From NCBI GenBank assembly GCA_048938105.1, contig JBHLMN010000007.1, forward strand, positions 205,383 through 269,382: a stretch of 64,000 nucleotides of DNA, in the 5' to 3' direction. Both the position numbers and the translations under genes were made by a program. The first letter of the stretch is position 1. The number at the start of each line of letters is the position of its first letter. Positions 10,706 through 20,475 of the stretch are shown piece after piece. The notes under the pieces were generated by a model that worked only from the letters and a program-made list of their open reading frames with translations, ran no database searches and was not told the origin of the DNA. Source of the stretch: Promethearchaeota archaeon (lineage in GTDB: Archaea; Asgardarchaeota; Heimdallarchaeia; Hodarchaeales; Hodarchaeaceae).

Positions 10706-12016
10706 ATGAGGAATATGAATCAACCATCCGAATCTAATCCAAATATCTTATTTATCATCACTCATGATACTGGGGATCTTTTTTATGACAAAGGGATAGA
10801 AACACCAAACCTAGATCAATTGGCTCGAACTGGTGTAATGTTTACAAATAATTTTTGCATAGCTCCCCAGTGTTCTCCTTCTCGTGGTAGTATTCTCACT
10901 GGACAAGTGCCACACACACACGGATTAATGGGATTAACAAACTATGGCTGGAATTTGGATTCAAAGATCACAATTGCCAAAATTCTTGCCAAAAACGGCT
11001 ACTCAACGCATTTAATTGGATTACAGCATGAACATGAGGATGCAAAAGAACTCGGTTATCAAAATATCTCTGATCGTAACATCATGCCTTGGGTAGATAA
11101 CGTCGTTCCCCAAGTAAACGAATTCTTAACAAGAGCTAATCAGGGGAAGGTTCCACAACCATTCTATTGTGCCATTGGCTTTTTTGATACCCATAGGCCC
11201 TTCATTTTTCCTGAGGATATTTCTGTTCCTTTCAAAAACGAAATTTTGGTTCCTAGTTTTCTACCAGACACACCTGAAGTGAGAACGGATATTTCAGAAT
11301 TATATTCATCGATTAAAACAGTAGATAGAGGAATTGGACATATCCTTGACATTTTAAAATCGTGTTCTTACTATGAAAATACAATAGTTATTCTTACCGT
11401 TGATCATGGACCAGCTTTTCCACGAGCGAAATGTACTCTGTATGACACAGGAATTCGGACTGCGCTCATTTTCAGCTGGCCAAAAAAGATTAAGCAAGGA
11501 ATGATACGGACTGAATTGATCTCTAACATAGATTTATTACCATCAATCTTAGATATTGTCGATATTCCGATCCCCGATGAAATACAAGGACATAGCTTCA
11601 AAAATCTTCTTTTTAATGAAGAATATAAGGAACAGGAGTGCATTTTTGCAGAATTAACATATCACGATATTGGCTATAATCCTATCAGAGCAGTTAGAAC
11701 AAAAAAATGGAAATATATCAAGAATTTTAAAGCTCTTGACATATTATTCGAAATACCTGAAGATGTGATCGAAAGTCCATCAGGAAAAGCTTGGCTTAGC
11801 AAACATCCTGAATATTACTCCACTAGACCAAACGAAGAGTTGTATGATCTGATGACTGATCCAATGGAAGTAATAAATTTAGCTAATAATCCCCAATATC
11901 AATCTATCAAACAAAAATTAGATAAGAAACTTATGGATTGGTTGAAAAAGACAAATGATCCAATTTTAACGAAGAACTTTATTGAGGACACTTCAAGGAG
12001 AATGAAGATTGAATGA
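10706..12016 (+). CDS. Cys-type sulfatase (N-sulfoglucosamine sulfohydrolase-like)
   Basis: PNILFI, CSPSRGSILTG formylglycine motif, DHG, ELYDL..DP.E..NLA. Confidence 0.93.
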   Translation: MRNMNQPSESNPNILFIITHDTGDLFYDKGIETPNLDQLARTGVMFTNNFCIAPQCSPSRGSILTGQVPHTHGLMGLTNYGWNLDSKITIAKILAKNGYSTHLIGLQHEHEDAKELGYQNISDRNIMPWVDNVVPQVNEFLTRANQGKVPQPFYCAIGFFDTHRPFIFPEDISVPFKNEILVPSFLPDTPEVRTDISELYSSIKTVDRGIGHILDILKSCSYYENTIVILTVDHGPAFPRAKCTLYDTGIRTALIFSWPKKIKQGMIRTELISNIDLLPSILDIVDIPIPDEIQGHSFKNLLFNEEYKEQECIFAELTYHDIGYNPIRAVRTKKWKYIKNFKALDILFEIPEDVIESPSGKAWLSKHPEYYSTRPNEELYDLMTDPMEVINLANNPQYQSIKQKLDKKLMDWLKKTNDPILTKNFIEDTSRRMKIE

Positions 12017-12626
12017 AATTATTTGGGCTACCCCACTTTATTTATTCTTAAAATATTGCAATGAGAGTTCATTAGATAAAGTAATTCTTGATTGCGGTGC
12101 AGGAGGAGAATCTCCTCCATTAGCCCTTTTCTATCAATACGATTACGAAACAAATGGAATTGATATTTCTGATAAAGCTTTAGAGGAATCTCATCTATTT
12201 TGTAAGGAGAATAACATAAATTTAAATATTACAAAAGGAGATATGAGGAAAATTCCGTTTGAAGACGAGTCTATGAGTTTTGTTTATTCTTTAGATTCGA
12301 TTATATTTTTATCAAAAGATGACACTCAAATAGCTATTAAAGAGATTGAAAGAGTCTTGAGAACAGATGGACTGTGTTTTATAAATTTTAAATCGATTGA
12401 TGATGAAGATTACAATAAAGGGGAGCCAATGGGCAATAATGAATTTAAACTTGATAATGAATGGACAGAAGGGGAGATGGTATGCTCTTTCTATGAAGAT
12501 AATGAACCTGATGCTTATTTTGGCAATTTTGAAATTCTCCGCAAAGAAAAAAGGATTGTAGATTGTTTTTGTATTGAGAATGGTCACAGAATTGGGTATA
12601 TTGATTATATTGGTAGAAAAAAATAA
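12009..12626 (+). CDS. Class I SAM-dependent methyltransferase
   Basis: ILDCGAGG, GIDIS, GDMRKIPFEDES, EIERVL. Confidence 0.9.
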   Translation: MNEIIWATPLYLFLKYCNESSLDKVILDCGAGGESPPLALFYQYDYETNGIDISDKALEESHLFCKENNINLNITKGDMRKIPFEDESMSFVYSLDSIIFLSKDDTQIAIKEIERVLRTDGLCFINFKSIDDEDYNKGEPMGNNEFKLDNEWTEGEMVCSFYEDNEPDAYFGNFEILRKEKRIVDCFCIENGHRIGYIDYIGRKK

Positions 12627-12773
12627 TCTATCGTTCAATCACTCATTTTCCCTTTCATAACTTATTTAAAAAGAAATTAAAGGATTTTTAGGGGAAAGAT
12701 TCAATTCGGGAAGATTTAAAAAATTCTTTCTCTATAATTACATATTTTCAGGAAGAAAAGTGGTGACAATAGA

Positions 12774-13394
12774 ATGAAAACAAATCAAATTATTAGAATA
12801 ATAATTCCTTTGGTACTCCTTTTAGGGGCTGCCACTACCTTTTTTGTGGCAGTTCTGGGCAACCAACAGGCAAATACCTCAGCAGAGGATATACAAAAGG
12901 CAAATACAACCACAAGTAGTTTTATTATGTACCTATATGTAGAAGGCATCCCTGGAGAAGTTATAGAACAAGATCATGAAGAATGGATTGAAGTACTCGC
13001 TTATTCCCATAATATACAAACCCCCTATAATGTTGGCACAGGACAAACTGCTGGAAGCGTAGAGAACGCCCCCCTCCGAATCACTAAGATGGTAGATAAG
13101 GCATCTCCCAAATTATACCAAGCTTGTTATACTGGAAGTGTGAAACCTTTAGTTGAACTAGATTTCTGCATGACTAATACTGCCCAAGATGTGTTTTACA
13201 ACATTGAACTTGAAAATGCCAAAATTGTGTCCGTCCAAGACTTTGGAGTATTATCAGGAGACTATCCAACAGAAACAGTTTCATTCACTTACGAAAGATT
13301 CAAATGGACATATATAGAGTACGATGCTCAGGGACAACCCAAAGGACCTATAGAATCAGGTTGGATCTATTGGAGTGACGAAACCCCTATTTAA
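12774..13394 (+). CDS. hcp: Hcp (type VI secretion tube protein)-like protein with an N-terminal signal/anchor
   Basis: MYLYVEGIPGE...HEEWIEVLAYSH...ITKMVDKASPKLYQAC...IELENAKIVSV...PTETVSFTYERFKWTY...G...GW follows the Hcp1 consensus; extra hydrophobic N-terminus. Confidence 0.88.
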   Translation: MKTNQIIRIIIPLVLLLGAATTFFVAVLGNQQANTSAEDIQKANTTTSSFIMYLYVEGIPGEVIEQDHEEWIEVLAYSHNIQTPYNVGTGQTAGSVENAPLRITKMVDKASPKLYQACYTGSVKPLVELDFCMTNTAQDVFYNIELENAKIVSVQDFGVLSGDYPTETVSFTYERFKWTYIEYDAQGQPKGPIESGWIYWSDETPI

Positions 13395-13429
13395 CCCTTA
13401 CAAACAAATTATATAGCTGTTGAATTACA

Positions 13430-14170
13430 ATGAAAATGTCTAAGACATTTTTAATTCCCTTACTCCTATTGATTTTAGCCATTGGTACCTTTCCTACACT
13501 AGCTTTCGCAAATACTTCCAATGAAGAATATATTGAAGTTCACCAAGTGATTCAGAATGGACCTAATATATTGATTGAATTAGATTATGACTTGAGTTCA
13601 ACTTCTTTACTTGATACTAATGAATCATTGGCAGTCTTAGTAATATTTAGTGATTCTACAAACGAGGATACTCTCACCATTCAAGCAGCGATGTTATTCT
13701 TTCACACGGATGACAATCAATTTCTCCTTTTTTGGATGCTTGGAGACCCCTTTAAACAAGCCCAAAACTGGCAGGAAGGTACTGAAAATGAGCACTTTCA
13801 GACTGATGGTGACCAATTAACACTCACTTTCATCGAATTCGTAGGTGCTCAGGAACCAGAGATTACAGTCTCAGTATATGCCAGGATTACCTCTAGTGAA
13901 ATAAATGCCTATACGACCGATTTTCGAATAGTTCTAGATCAATTCATTGAGGAATTGACAACACAAACTACATCTGAGGAGACTTCTGGCCCCCTGACTA
14001 CAGGAAAAACAACTTCATCAACTACAGGAACAGGAAAAACAGAAAGAACCACATCTACAAAAGAATCATCTCAAACAAAAACGGATATTGCATCAGGATT
14101 CACTATCCTCTCAATTTTTGGTATTCTCCTTTCAGTGGTCATCATAAAAAGATTTACTCGGAAAAATTAA
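13430..14170 (+). CDS. Secreted, C-terminally anchored surface protein
   Basis: Signal peptide, acidic beta-rich domain, Thr/Ser-rich linker, SGF + TM + KRFTRKN tail (PGF-CTERM-like). Confidence 0.8.
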   Translation: MKMSKTFLIPLLLLILAIGTFPTLAFANTSNEEYIEVHQVIQNGPNILIELDYDLSSTSLLDTNESLAVLVIFSDSTNEDTLTIQAAMLFFHTDDNQFLLFWMLGDPFKQAQNWQEGTENEHFQTDGDQLTLTFIEFVGAQEPEITVSVYARITSSEINAYTTDFRIVLDQFIEELTTQTTSEETSGPLTTGKTTSSTTGTGKTERTTSTKESSQTKTDIASGFTILSIFGILLSVVIIKRFTRKN

Positions 14171-14281
14171 GGTTTATTAAAACCTATTGATATCAAAAAG
14201 GCGTTAAGCACCAGCTAAACTCTTTTGGACAAATACAGGCTTAGCATGCAATTTACTTATGAGTCTGTACTCTAAGATTTA

Positions 14282-14908
14282 TTATAAAGTCTGAATTTTC
14301 GTTCCAATATAACTAATTTCACCCAATTTAAGTTGAATTTCTCCTTCATTATATCTATAAATCACTCTATTTTCTTTATGAAGGAGCTCAAAATTTTTAA
14401 AATATGCATCAGCCTCATTAATGGTATGAAAAGAATGGAGTGCTGTTTCATTCTCACCTATGGGCAATAAATATTCTCCCTCACCGATTTTTTCACCTCG
14501 TTCACCGATCTCTGAATCTTCCGACATAAAATTGACATAGCATAATCCATTTATTACCAAGACTCTTTCGATTTCTTTCATTGCAATAGAAATATCTTTT
14601 TTCGATAGATGCATGATTGTATTATATGAATAAACAAAGGAAAAACTTTCATCATCAAAATTTAAATCTCTCATATCACCTATCTTAATATTTAGGTCAA
14701 GATTATACTTATCACAGAAATCTTTTGTGTTCTTGATTGCTTGTTCACTAACATCTATTCCAAAGGTTTTATAACCATTTCTGTAAAACAAGTAAAGAGG
14801 GGACTCCCTTCCACCAGCTCCACAATCAAGTACTTTTTTTTCTAGGTTTGTTTTGTTGCATAATCGTAAAAACTCATATAAGGGAGTTGCACGAGAAATA
14901 AATTCCAA
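14282..14908 (-). CDS. Class I SAM-dependent methyltransferase (paralog of 12009-12626)
   Basis: ATPLY..L..CN, VLDCGAGG, GDMR, FDDESFSFVYS. Confidence 0.9.
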   Translation of the reverse strand: MEFISRATPLYEFLRLCNKTNLEKKVLDCGAGGRESPLYLFYRNGYKTFGIDVSEQAIKNTKDFCDKYNLDLNIKIGDMRDLNFDDESFSFVYSYNTIMHLSKKDISIAMKEIERVLVINGLCYVNFMSEDSEIGERGEKIGEGEYLLPIGENETALHSFHTINEADAYFKNFELLHKENRVIYRYNEGEIQLKLGEISYIGTKIQTL

Positions 14909-14935
14909 AATACCATCTTCTCTTTGGACATGAGT

Positions 14936-15946
14936 TTACTTCTCTACAGTGTCTACAACTTCCTGTGGTAAATGCAAAGCAAACTTACAAACTGAGTCCC
15001 CTTTAAGCACTGATTTTACTAATTCGACTTTCACGGATTGATCTAAAACCGCCTCCCAGAAGTTCTTGTAATACCCTGCACTACAATTACAAAATATCGG
15101 ATCAACAGGTTGATCTTCCTCCAAAAGTGCTTCTCTCACCCAAGGACAGTGACAATACCAATACTTCTTTTTCTTATCATCTGTTTCTTTAAGAAATTGC
15201 TTTGTCATATAAGGGATCTTAATCATAATGACTTTATTTCCTTCTCGAATCCCCGCTTCAGTCATTCCTTGTTGACTCTTGACATATTGAAGGACTTCCT
15301 CGTCAATCTCTTGAGTAAAGAAAAGAGAATTTTCTTGGAAGTGTTTTGTTAAAGTGTTAATAAAATCTTGGCGTTGAATTTCCAAGAATTCGTCGATGCT
15401 TTTTGTTTTTAGATATTTTTTTCTTGCTGATTCATAAGATTGTGGATATTTGTCCCTTAATCCGTGTGCAAGGAATGCAGTGCACTTTTCATGATCAACT
15501 TTAGCGTGAAATCTCTCAATCACCTTTCTAGTAATTTCAGGTTTCTTTTTGGGATGAAAACCTAATGGTGGAACTTCAATATCTTCAAAAATTTCATTTC
15601 TTACTTCTTCACCGAATTCCTCTACTAATCGTTTTGAGAAATTTACCATTACTTCGCTTCCATCAATGTTCTCCATTGCAGCAATAATTAATTGGTTATT
15701 CTTCTTGAAATAGCCATATCGGAGAAGATTAACATAGTTATCGAAAGAATTCTTTTTATTCTCTATTAAATAGGCAGAAAAATCATGAAGATCGTTATAT
15801 GTTGCATCCTCAACTGATTTGTTGGATTTAGAAAGAAAATCATCAAACTCACTAACGATATTAATAGCAGCAGGTATTATATCAATAGCAATATTTCGTT
15901 CCTGTAAATACTCCTGCAAATATTCCTTGAAACCGTCCTGTTCCAT
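14936..15946 (-). CDS. DUF6144/V4R-like protein with an N-terminal helical extension
   Basis: YCHCPW, FCNCSAGYYKNFWE, SVLKGDSVCKF resemble 7684-8262. Confidence 0.7.
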   Translation of the reverse strand: MEQDGFKEYLQEYLQERNIAIDIIPAAINIVSEFDDFLSKSNKSVEDATYNDLHDFSAYLIENKKNSFDNYVNLLRYGYFKKNNQLIIAAMENIDGSEVMVNFSKRLVEEFGEEVRNEIFEDIEVPPLGFHPKKKPEITRKVIERFHAKVDHEKCTAFLAHGLRDKYPQSYESARKKYLKTKSIDEFLEIQRQDFINTLTKHFQENSLFFTQEIDEEVLQYVKSQQGMTEAGIREGNKVIMIKIPYMTKQFLKETDDKKKKYWYCHCPWVREALLEEDQPVDPIFCNCSAGYYKNFWEAVLDQSVKVELVKSVLKGDSVCKFALHLPQEVVDTVEK

Positions 15947-16247
15947 AAAATCACCAAATTCTTTTCGTAAGTCTCAATATATAAACTAAATGATGTGTGC
16001 ATTCCGATTATATATGGAAAATTCAATGTATCATATTACTCGAATTATCTTTCAATTTTTAGATAGAGTCTCAAATATAATCAAGCTATATTTTCATAAA
16101 GAAGCCACAGACTGATTAATAGGCAACACATTCGATTTTATCTTAGTATAGAAACTAATAAATCAAAAACACAATTTTTACCTACATGATAAGATATATA
16201 TACTTAATATATACAATATCTATATTAAAAATATATATGGTGATACT

Positions 16248-16718
16248 TTGGTAGAGGATGAAGAAATACCCTATTTAGAAAAGATTTCTCTAAATATCGC
16301 AATAACAGAATTAGGTCGAATTGATGCATTAATAGAAGCAGGTTATGCAGCGAATCGAACCGAATTTATACGTAGATCCATTAGAAAAGAATTATCTCGC
16401 TATAAAGATGAGATTGAATCCATCACTCCACGAAGAAAGTTTAGAGCAATGGTTTTATACCTTAACAAAGACGATATCGATGAATGTTTAGAAAAAGGCC
16501 AAAAAATTGATATTAGAGTTCTTGGTTATCTACGTTTAGCTAGAGATATTGATCCAGAAGATTTGGATGCAGTTGTCAACTCATGTAGGGTTTATGGAAG
16601 TATTTCAGCACCTAAGAAACTAAAAGAAATTCTTTTAGACAAAAGACCGAGATATTCCTTACTAGGACACGACTATTATCAGGGTAGCGAGGAGAAGGAG
16701 GATAATGAATTAGAATGA
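16248..16718 (+). CDS. CopG/ribbon-helix-helix transcriptional regulator
   Basis: EKISLNI..ELGRIDALIEAGYAANRTEFIRRSIR; GGTGAT RBS before the TTG start. Confidence 0.82.
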   Translation: MVEDEEIPYLEKISLNIAITELGRIDALIEAGYAANRTEFIRRSIRKELSRYKDEIESITPRRKFRAMVLYLNKDDIDECLEKGQKIDIRVLGYLRLARDIDPEDLDAVVNSCRVYGSISAPKKLKEILLDKRPRYSLLGHDYYQGSEEKEDNELE

Positions 16719-16825
16719 TTTTCCTGTAAAAATGTATGAATTCGAAAGAGAATATTTAATTCATCTTAAATTATATAGATTGCTCATCAATAGAACCCTG
16801 AACAAGAAATTGAGAGGAAATCGCA

Positions 16826-17767
16826 TTGAACGAAGAAATCTCTCTTTGTGGATTTAATTGTGGTATCTGTCCAGCCTACAAGGTCAACCTCAAAACCGAT
16901 GAAGATCGGAAATTGGTGGATGAAGGATGGAAAAAGTTCCATCGAACTGGTGGATGGATTTATAAGGAACCTTATTGTGAAGGGTGTTTTAATGTTCCTG
17001 AAAAAGCACCCCTATGGAGTAGGTGCCCCATTAGAAGATGTGTTTTAACCAACAAAGTAGAGAATTGTGGGTATTGTCCTGATTATCCTTGTTCACGCCT
17101 TAAAAATATAATTTACATAACTAAAAAGATCGCTGAAAGAACTAAAAAAAGCGGAACTAAAGATGATTTCGAAAAATTTGCGTTGCCTTTCTTAGGGGAA
17201 CAAAAATTGGAGGAAATGCATCAAGAATTCATTAAAACTGTCCAAAACAACGAGTTTCAACCAGTGAATGCTCATACTATAATTTTTCCAGAAGAATTGA
17301 ATCTGAAGACCTTTTCAGAAACGCAAATTGAACTAGAGAAATCCATAGAGACTCTTCAATATCTACATACAACTCTCGAAAGTATGTTGACATTGCATTG
17401 TAAAACACCTGGTGGGCAAGAACAAGAATTAAAGCAAAACAAAGAAAATTTGAAGTTTCTTTGGGTTATTGGGAGGTATGGGAAACTCATAACAAGCACT
17501 GATGAGTCTTCAATCGAGATCACAGCAAAGGAAATCAAAAAATACCTTAAGTATGGAAAATACAGGACAACGAACAAACTAGAGACATTAGCAAGACATG
17601 GAATAAAGGGGGATTTTATTGAAGATAAAATCACGATAATGTTCACAAAGAAACCAGATGCAGCTTTTGCACTCCAAAAATACATAACGACGCTCCTTGA
17701 AAACATCAGCGAAAGAAGGGCGTTTACAAAATTTTGGAAGGCTGATATGAACGTTTTTTGTAGTTAG
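16826..17767 (+). CDS. DUF3795-domain Cys-rich protein
   Basis: CGFNCGICPAY, CEGC, CPIRRC, NCGYCPDYPC. Confidence 0.78.
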   Translation: MNEEISLCGFNCGICPAYKVNLKTDEDRKLVDEGWKKFHRTGGWIYKEPYCEGCFNVPEKAPLWSRCPIRRCVLTNKVENCGYCPDYPCSRLKNIIYITKKIAERTKKSGTKDDFEKFALPFLGEQKLEEMHQEFIKTVQNNEFQPVNAHTIIFPEELNLKTFSETQIELEKSIETLQYLHTTLESMLTLHCKTPGGQEQELKQNKENLKFLWVIGRYGKLITSTDESSIEITAKEIKKYLKYGKYRTTNKLETLARHGIKGDFIEDKITIMFTKKPDAAFALQKYITTLLENISERRAFTKFWKADMNVFCS

Positions 17768-17810
17768 ATGAAACGAACTTCGACCCCCAAAATTTCGTTC
17801 AACTTAAGCA

Positions 17811-18641
17811 CTATTCTGTGGAATCCGATTGAGGTTCACGGAACTCTCCAAGAATCTCCTTTGGTAAAGCGTAAAATCCGGTTAAAAGAATAGCTAGTGC
17901 AACTAAATATATGTGAAACCATACATACCAGACATATTTCAGTTCTTCAAAGTGCCAAGGAGCCCAAGCAAGATACGCTATCCCAAAGAGCGTGAATCCT
18001 ATTGTTATAACCTTTGGTGAATTTAACCCTGCACCTTTACCATAGTGATACCATAGAAGAGCCAAAATAAAGGCCATTGGTACAAATTCCCAATATAAAA
18101 AGCCATACATTGTCAATTCAATGTCATCAAGCAATACTAAACCTATGAAAAACCAGATTTCTCCTACTAGAAAAATCAAAAGAGCAGCAAGGTAGGTACA
18201 TTTAGGACAATCTGTCATAAGTTTAGTTACACCAATCCACATTCCCGCGACCCAGAGGATCATGGGCGTTCGCCATATTAAAAAGATTAATGGATCAGTC
18301 ATATCTGCAAACCCGAAACCCCAGGCTTGTAATAATAAACCAAGCATAGTTATTGAATAAACAAGGAAAGAAGAACCCCATATGAGCTGAAAAGGAGCTT
18401 GTTCTAGGGGTCTAGCTTTAGTAAAATAACGATAAAGTAAGTACCCTCCAATGATAAGGAGGAGTATAAATCCCACCAAGGAAACCCCAAATAAATCATA
18501 AGAAGTTGTTATCTCAGGAACAGAAAACCCATGGGGTTTAGCTATAACTATAAGAGTAGTAACCATATATATTATAACTATTATAACAATATACCCGCTA
18601 TTTCGGGTAATAAAATCAGAAATATCTTTTTTTAATGACAT
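17811..18641 (-). CDS. Polytopic membrane protein (about 8 TM), paralog of 19676-20464
   Basis: Eight hydrophobic segments; aligns by eye with 19676-20464. Confidence 0.8.
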   Translation of the reverse strand: MSLKKDISDFITRNSGYIVIIVIIYMVTTLIVIAKPHGFSVPEITTSYDLFGVSLVGFILLLIIGGYLLYRYFTKARPLEQAPFQLIWGSSFLVYSITMLGLLLQAWGFGFADMTDPLIFLIWRTPMILWVAGMWIGVTKLMTDCPKCTYLAALLIFLVGEIWFFIGLVLLDDIELTMYGFLYWEFVPMAFILALLWYHYGKGAGLNSPKVITIGFTLFGIAYLAWAPWHFEELKYVWYVWFHIYLVALAILLTGFYALPKEILGEFREPQSDSTE

Positions 18642-18981
18642 GATTTATCAACCTTGGGTTAAATTGTGAACAGAGGTTTTAATATTACCTCTTATACTAA
18701 TATAAGTATTTTCTCCTAAATAACTACAAATCTTCTGTTATGAAATAAATATGCTTAGATTCTCAACAGAAGACTTTATGGACTTAATAACGCTTTCTAA
18801 CTCTTTATATAAAAAATTAAGATCGAATAACGACAGATAAATGTCACTTCTTCCAGTAGAGAATAAGAACGTAGATTGAAAGATTCTTATGATGATTCGT
18901 CCTTGATAGTTGGATTTGCTTCTTCAGGTAGGAAGTTACGCTCAAATAAAGACAATAATATTCATTTAAATTCGAGATTTC

Positions 18982-19524
18982 TTATCTTTCTGAGACAACA
19001 ATCTTAAGAGCATTCAAAAACTCTTTCTTTGTTTCTGGAAAATTCTGTTCAAAGAATGCAAGTGAGATCATTGTTCTTGTACGCGCAACGCCTTCCATTT
19101 GTGAAATCTTTACTAAATTAACTCGAAGAGTATCAATGGTTCTAGTGCGCATTTTCACCAGTATATCTTCTTGACCTGCCACATAATGAATTTCTACAAG
19201 TTCTAGTTCCTTCATTCTAGATATAAGCTTTGTATGAACGTCTATATGTCCATGAAAGAGGTCACCAAATGTTTGCAGTTCAATTAAGATGAAAGCAGTA
19301 ATTTCTTTCCCAAGCTTCTTGTCATTTACTAAAACTGCGTACTTAATAACACCTTCATTCTCTAATTTTTTGATTCGCTTCTGAATCGATTGTCTCGAGA
19401 GCTTTACCTTTTTTTTAAGCAGTTCGTCTACAATTGCTTTATGAGTAATTTTGGGTTTCTTTTGTAGGATTCTTATGATGTCTCTATCTTTAGAATCAAG
19501 CGTAATCTTGTTATCAAAACTCAA
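18982..19524 (-). CDS. Lrp/AsnC family transcriptional regulator
   Basis: LDSKDRDIIRILQ, RIKKLENEGVI, EIHYVAGQEDILVK, GVARTRTMI. Confidence 0.92.
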   Translation of the reverse strand: MSFDNKITLDSKDRDIIRILQKKPKITHKAIVDELLKKKVKLSRQSIQKRIKKLENEGVIKYAVLVNDKKLGKEITAFILIELQTFGDLFHGHIDVHTKLISRMKELELVEIHYVAGQEDILVKMRTRTIDTLRVNLVKISQMEGVARTRTMISLAFFEQNFPETKKEFLNALKIVVSER

Positions 19525-19675
19525 TTTTTTTAACCTCGAAAGAAGCTGAGTGCAACTTTGGGTATTTAAAATTATTTACTCAAGGTTGAAAACAGCTCCA
19601 TAAAATTATATTGGTGCTATATTAAAATTTAAATAAGTAACAAGATGTAAGCTTACTTGGATAGGAGTTGATAAT

Positions 19676-20464
19676 ATGAAGACTGAAAATTATCACGCGA
19701 ATTGGTTTCAACAAATTGTTGAGTTTGGACGTACTCGTCCTTGGGTACCGTTGATCGGTCTAATATATATTTTCTTGGCTACATTTGCGTTTACACGCCC
19801 TGAAGCTCTTCTTACCCCTGAATTAAATATTCAATTAGGTTTATCTTTTAGTGCATTTCTTTTATTAACAGTAACTGGTTTATATTTACTCTCTAATAAT
19901 TATAAATCTGTTTGGGGTGTTTCATTCCTATTGTACGCCATTTCATTTCTAGGAATCTGCCTGAAGGTCCTTAACTTCCCTTTTACAGACATAACAAATC
20001 CAATAATTTTCCATCTGTGGTTATTGCCTCTAGTCTTTTTTGTTTCTGGTGTGTGGATTGGTATTAGTCATCTTATCTTAGAAAACAGAAAGTTCAACTA
20101 TTTTCCAGCCCTTTTTATCCTTTTATTAAGTGAAGGATGGTTTTTTGCCGGCTTATTCATATTAGATAATATCCCATTGGCATTATTCGGATTTAACTAT
20201 GGTTTATTTGTTCCAGTGGCATTAATGGTTTCATATATCTGGTTTCGCTTTGGAAGGGTCTCGGATTCCATCTCTCCTTGGTTATTAGCCTTCGGTTTCT
20301 TATTAATGGTCATTATTAACCTTTTCTGGAGTCCCTGGCTTATCAGTGATCTTGATAAAGTGTATAGTGTTCTTTTGGCTCTTTTCGATGTCTCTCTTGT
20401 AGTAATTCTTAGTGGTTTTCTCATCTTAACAAAAGATCTAATAAGAATTAAGCATCAAGTTTAA
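19676..20464 (+). CDS. Polytopic membrane protein (about 8 TM), paralog of 17811-18641
   Basis: WGVSFLLY..., D.T.P.IF..W..P.....G.WIG shared with 17811-18641. Confidence 0.8.
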   Translation: MKTENYHANWFQQIVEFGRTRPWVPLIGLIYIFLATFAFTRPEALLTPELNIQLGLSFSAFLLLTVTGLYLLSNNYKSVWGVSFLLYAISFLGICLKVLNFPFTDITNPIIFHLWLLPLVFFVSGVWIGISHLILENRKFNYFPALFILLLSEGWFFAGLFILDNIPLALFGFNYGLFVPVALMVSYIWFRFGRVSDSISPWLLAFGFLLMVIINLFWSPWLISDLDKVYSVLLALFDVSLVVILSGFLILTKDLIRIKHQV

Positions 20465-20475
20465 GATACAAGATC

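Noticed and set aside
12774-13394. A complete T6SS, eCIS or prophage tail locus
   Set aside because: No sheath, VgrG, PAAR, baseplate, capsid or integrase genes recognisable in the window
16194-16238. ATATATA repeats upstream of the CopG gene as an operator
   Set aside because: Plausible, but indistinguishable from AT-rich promoter background
18887-18961. Minus-strand peptide ILLSLFERNFLPEE resembling the Lrp C-terminus (LAFFEQNFPE)
   Set aside because: Too short to distinguish a duplication relic from chance
17811-20464. Microbial rhodopsins or heliorhodopsins
   Set aside because: No retinal-binding Lys (DxxxK/SxxxK) within the last TM helix of either paralog
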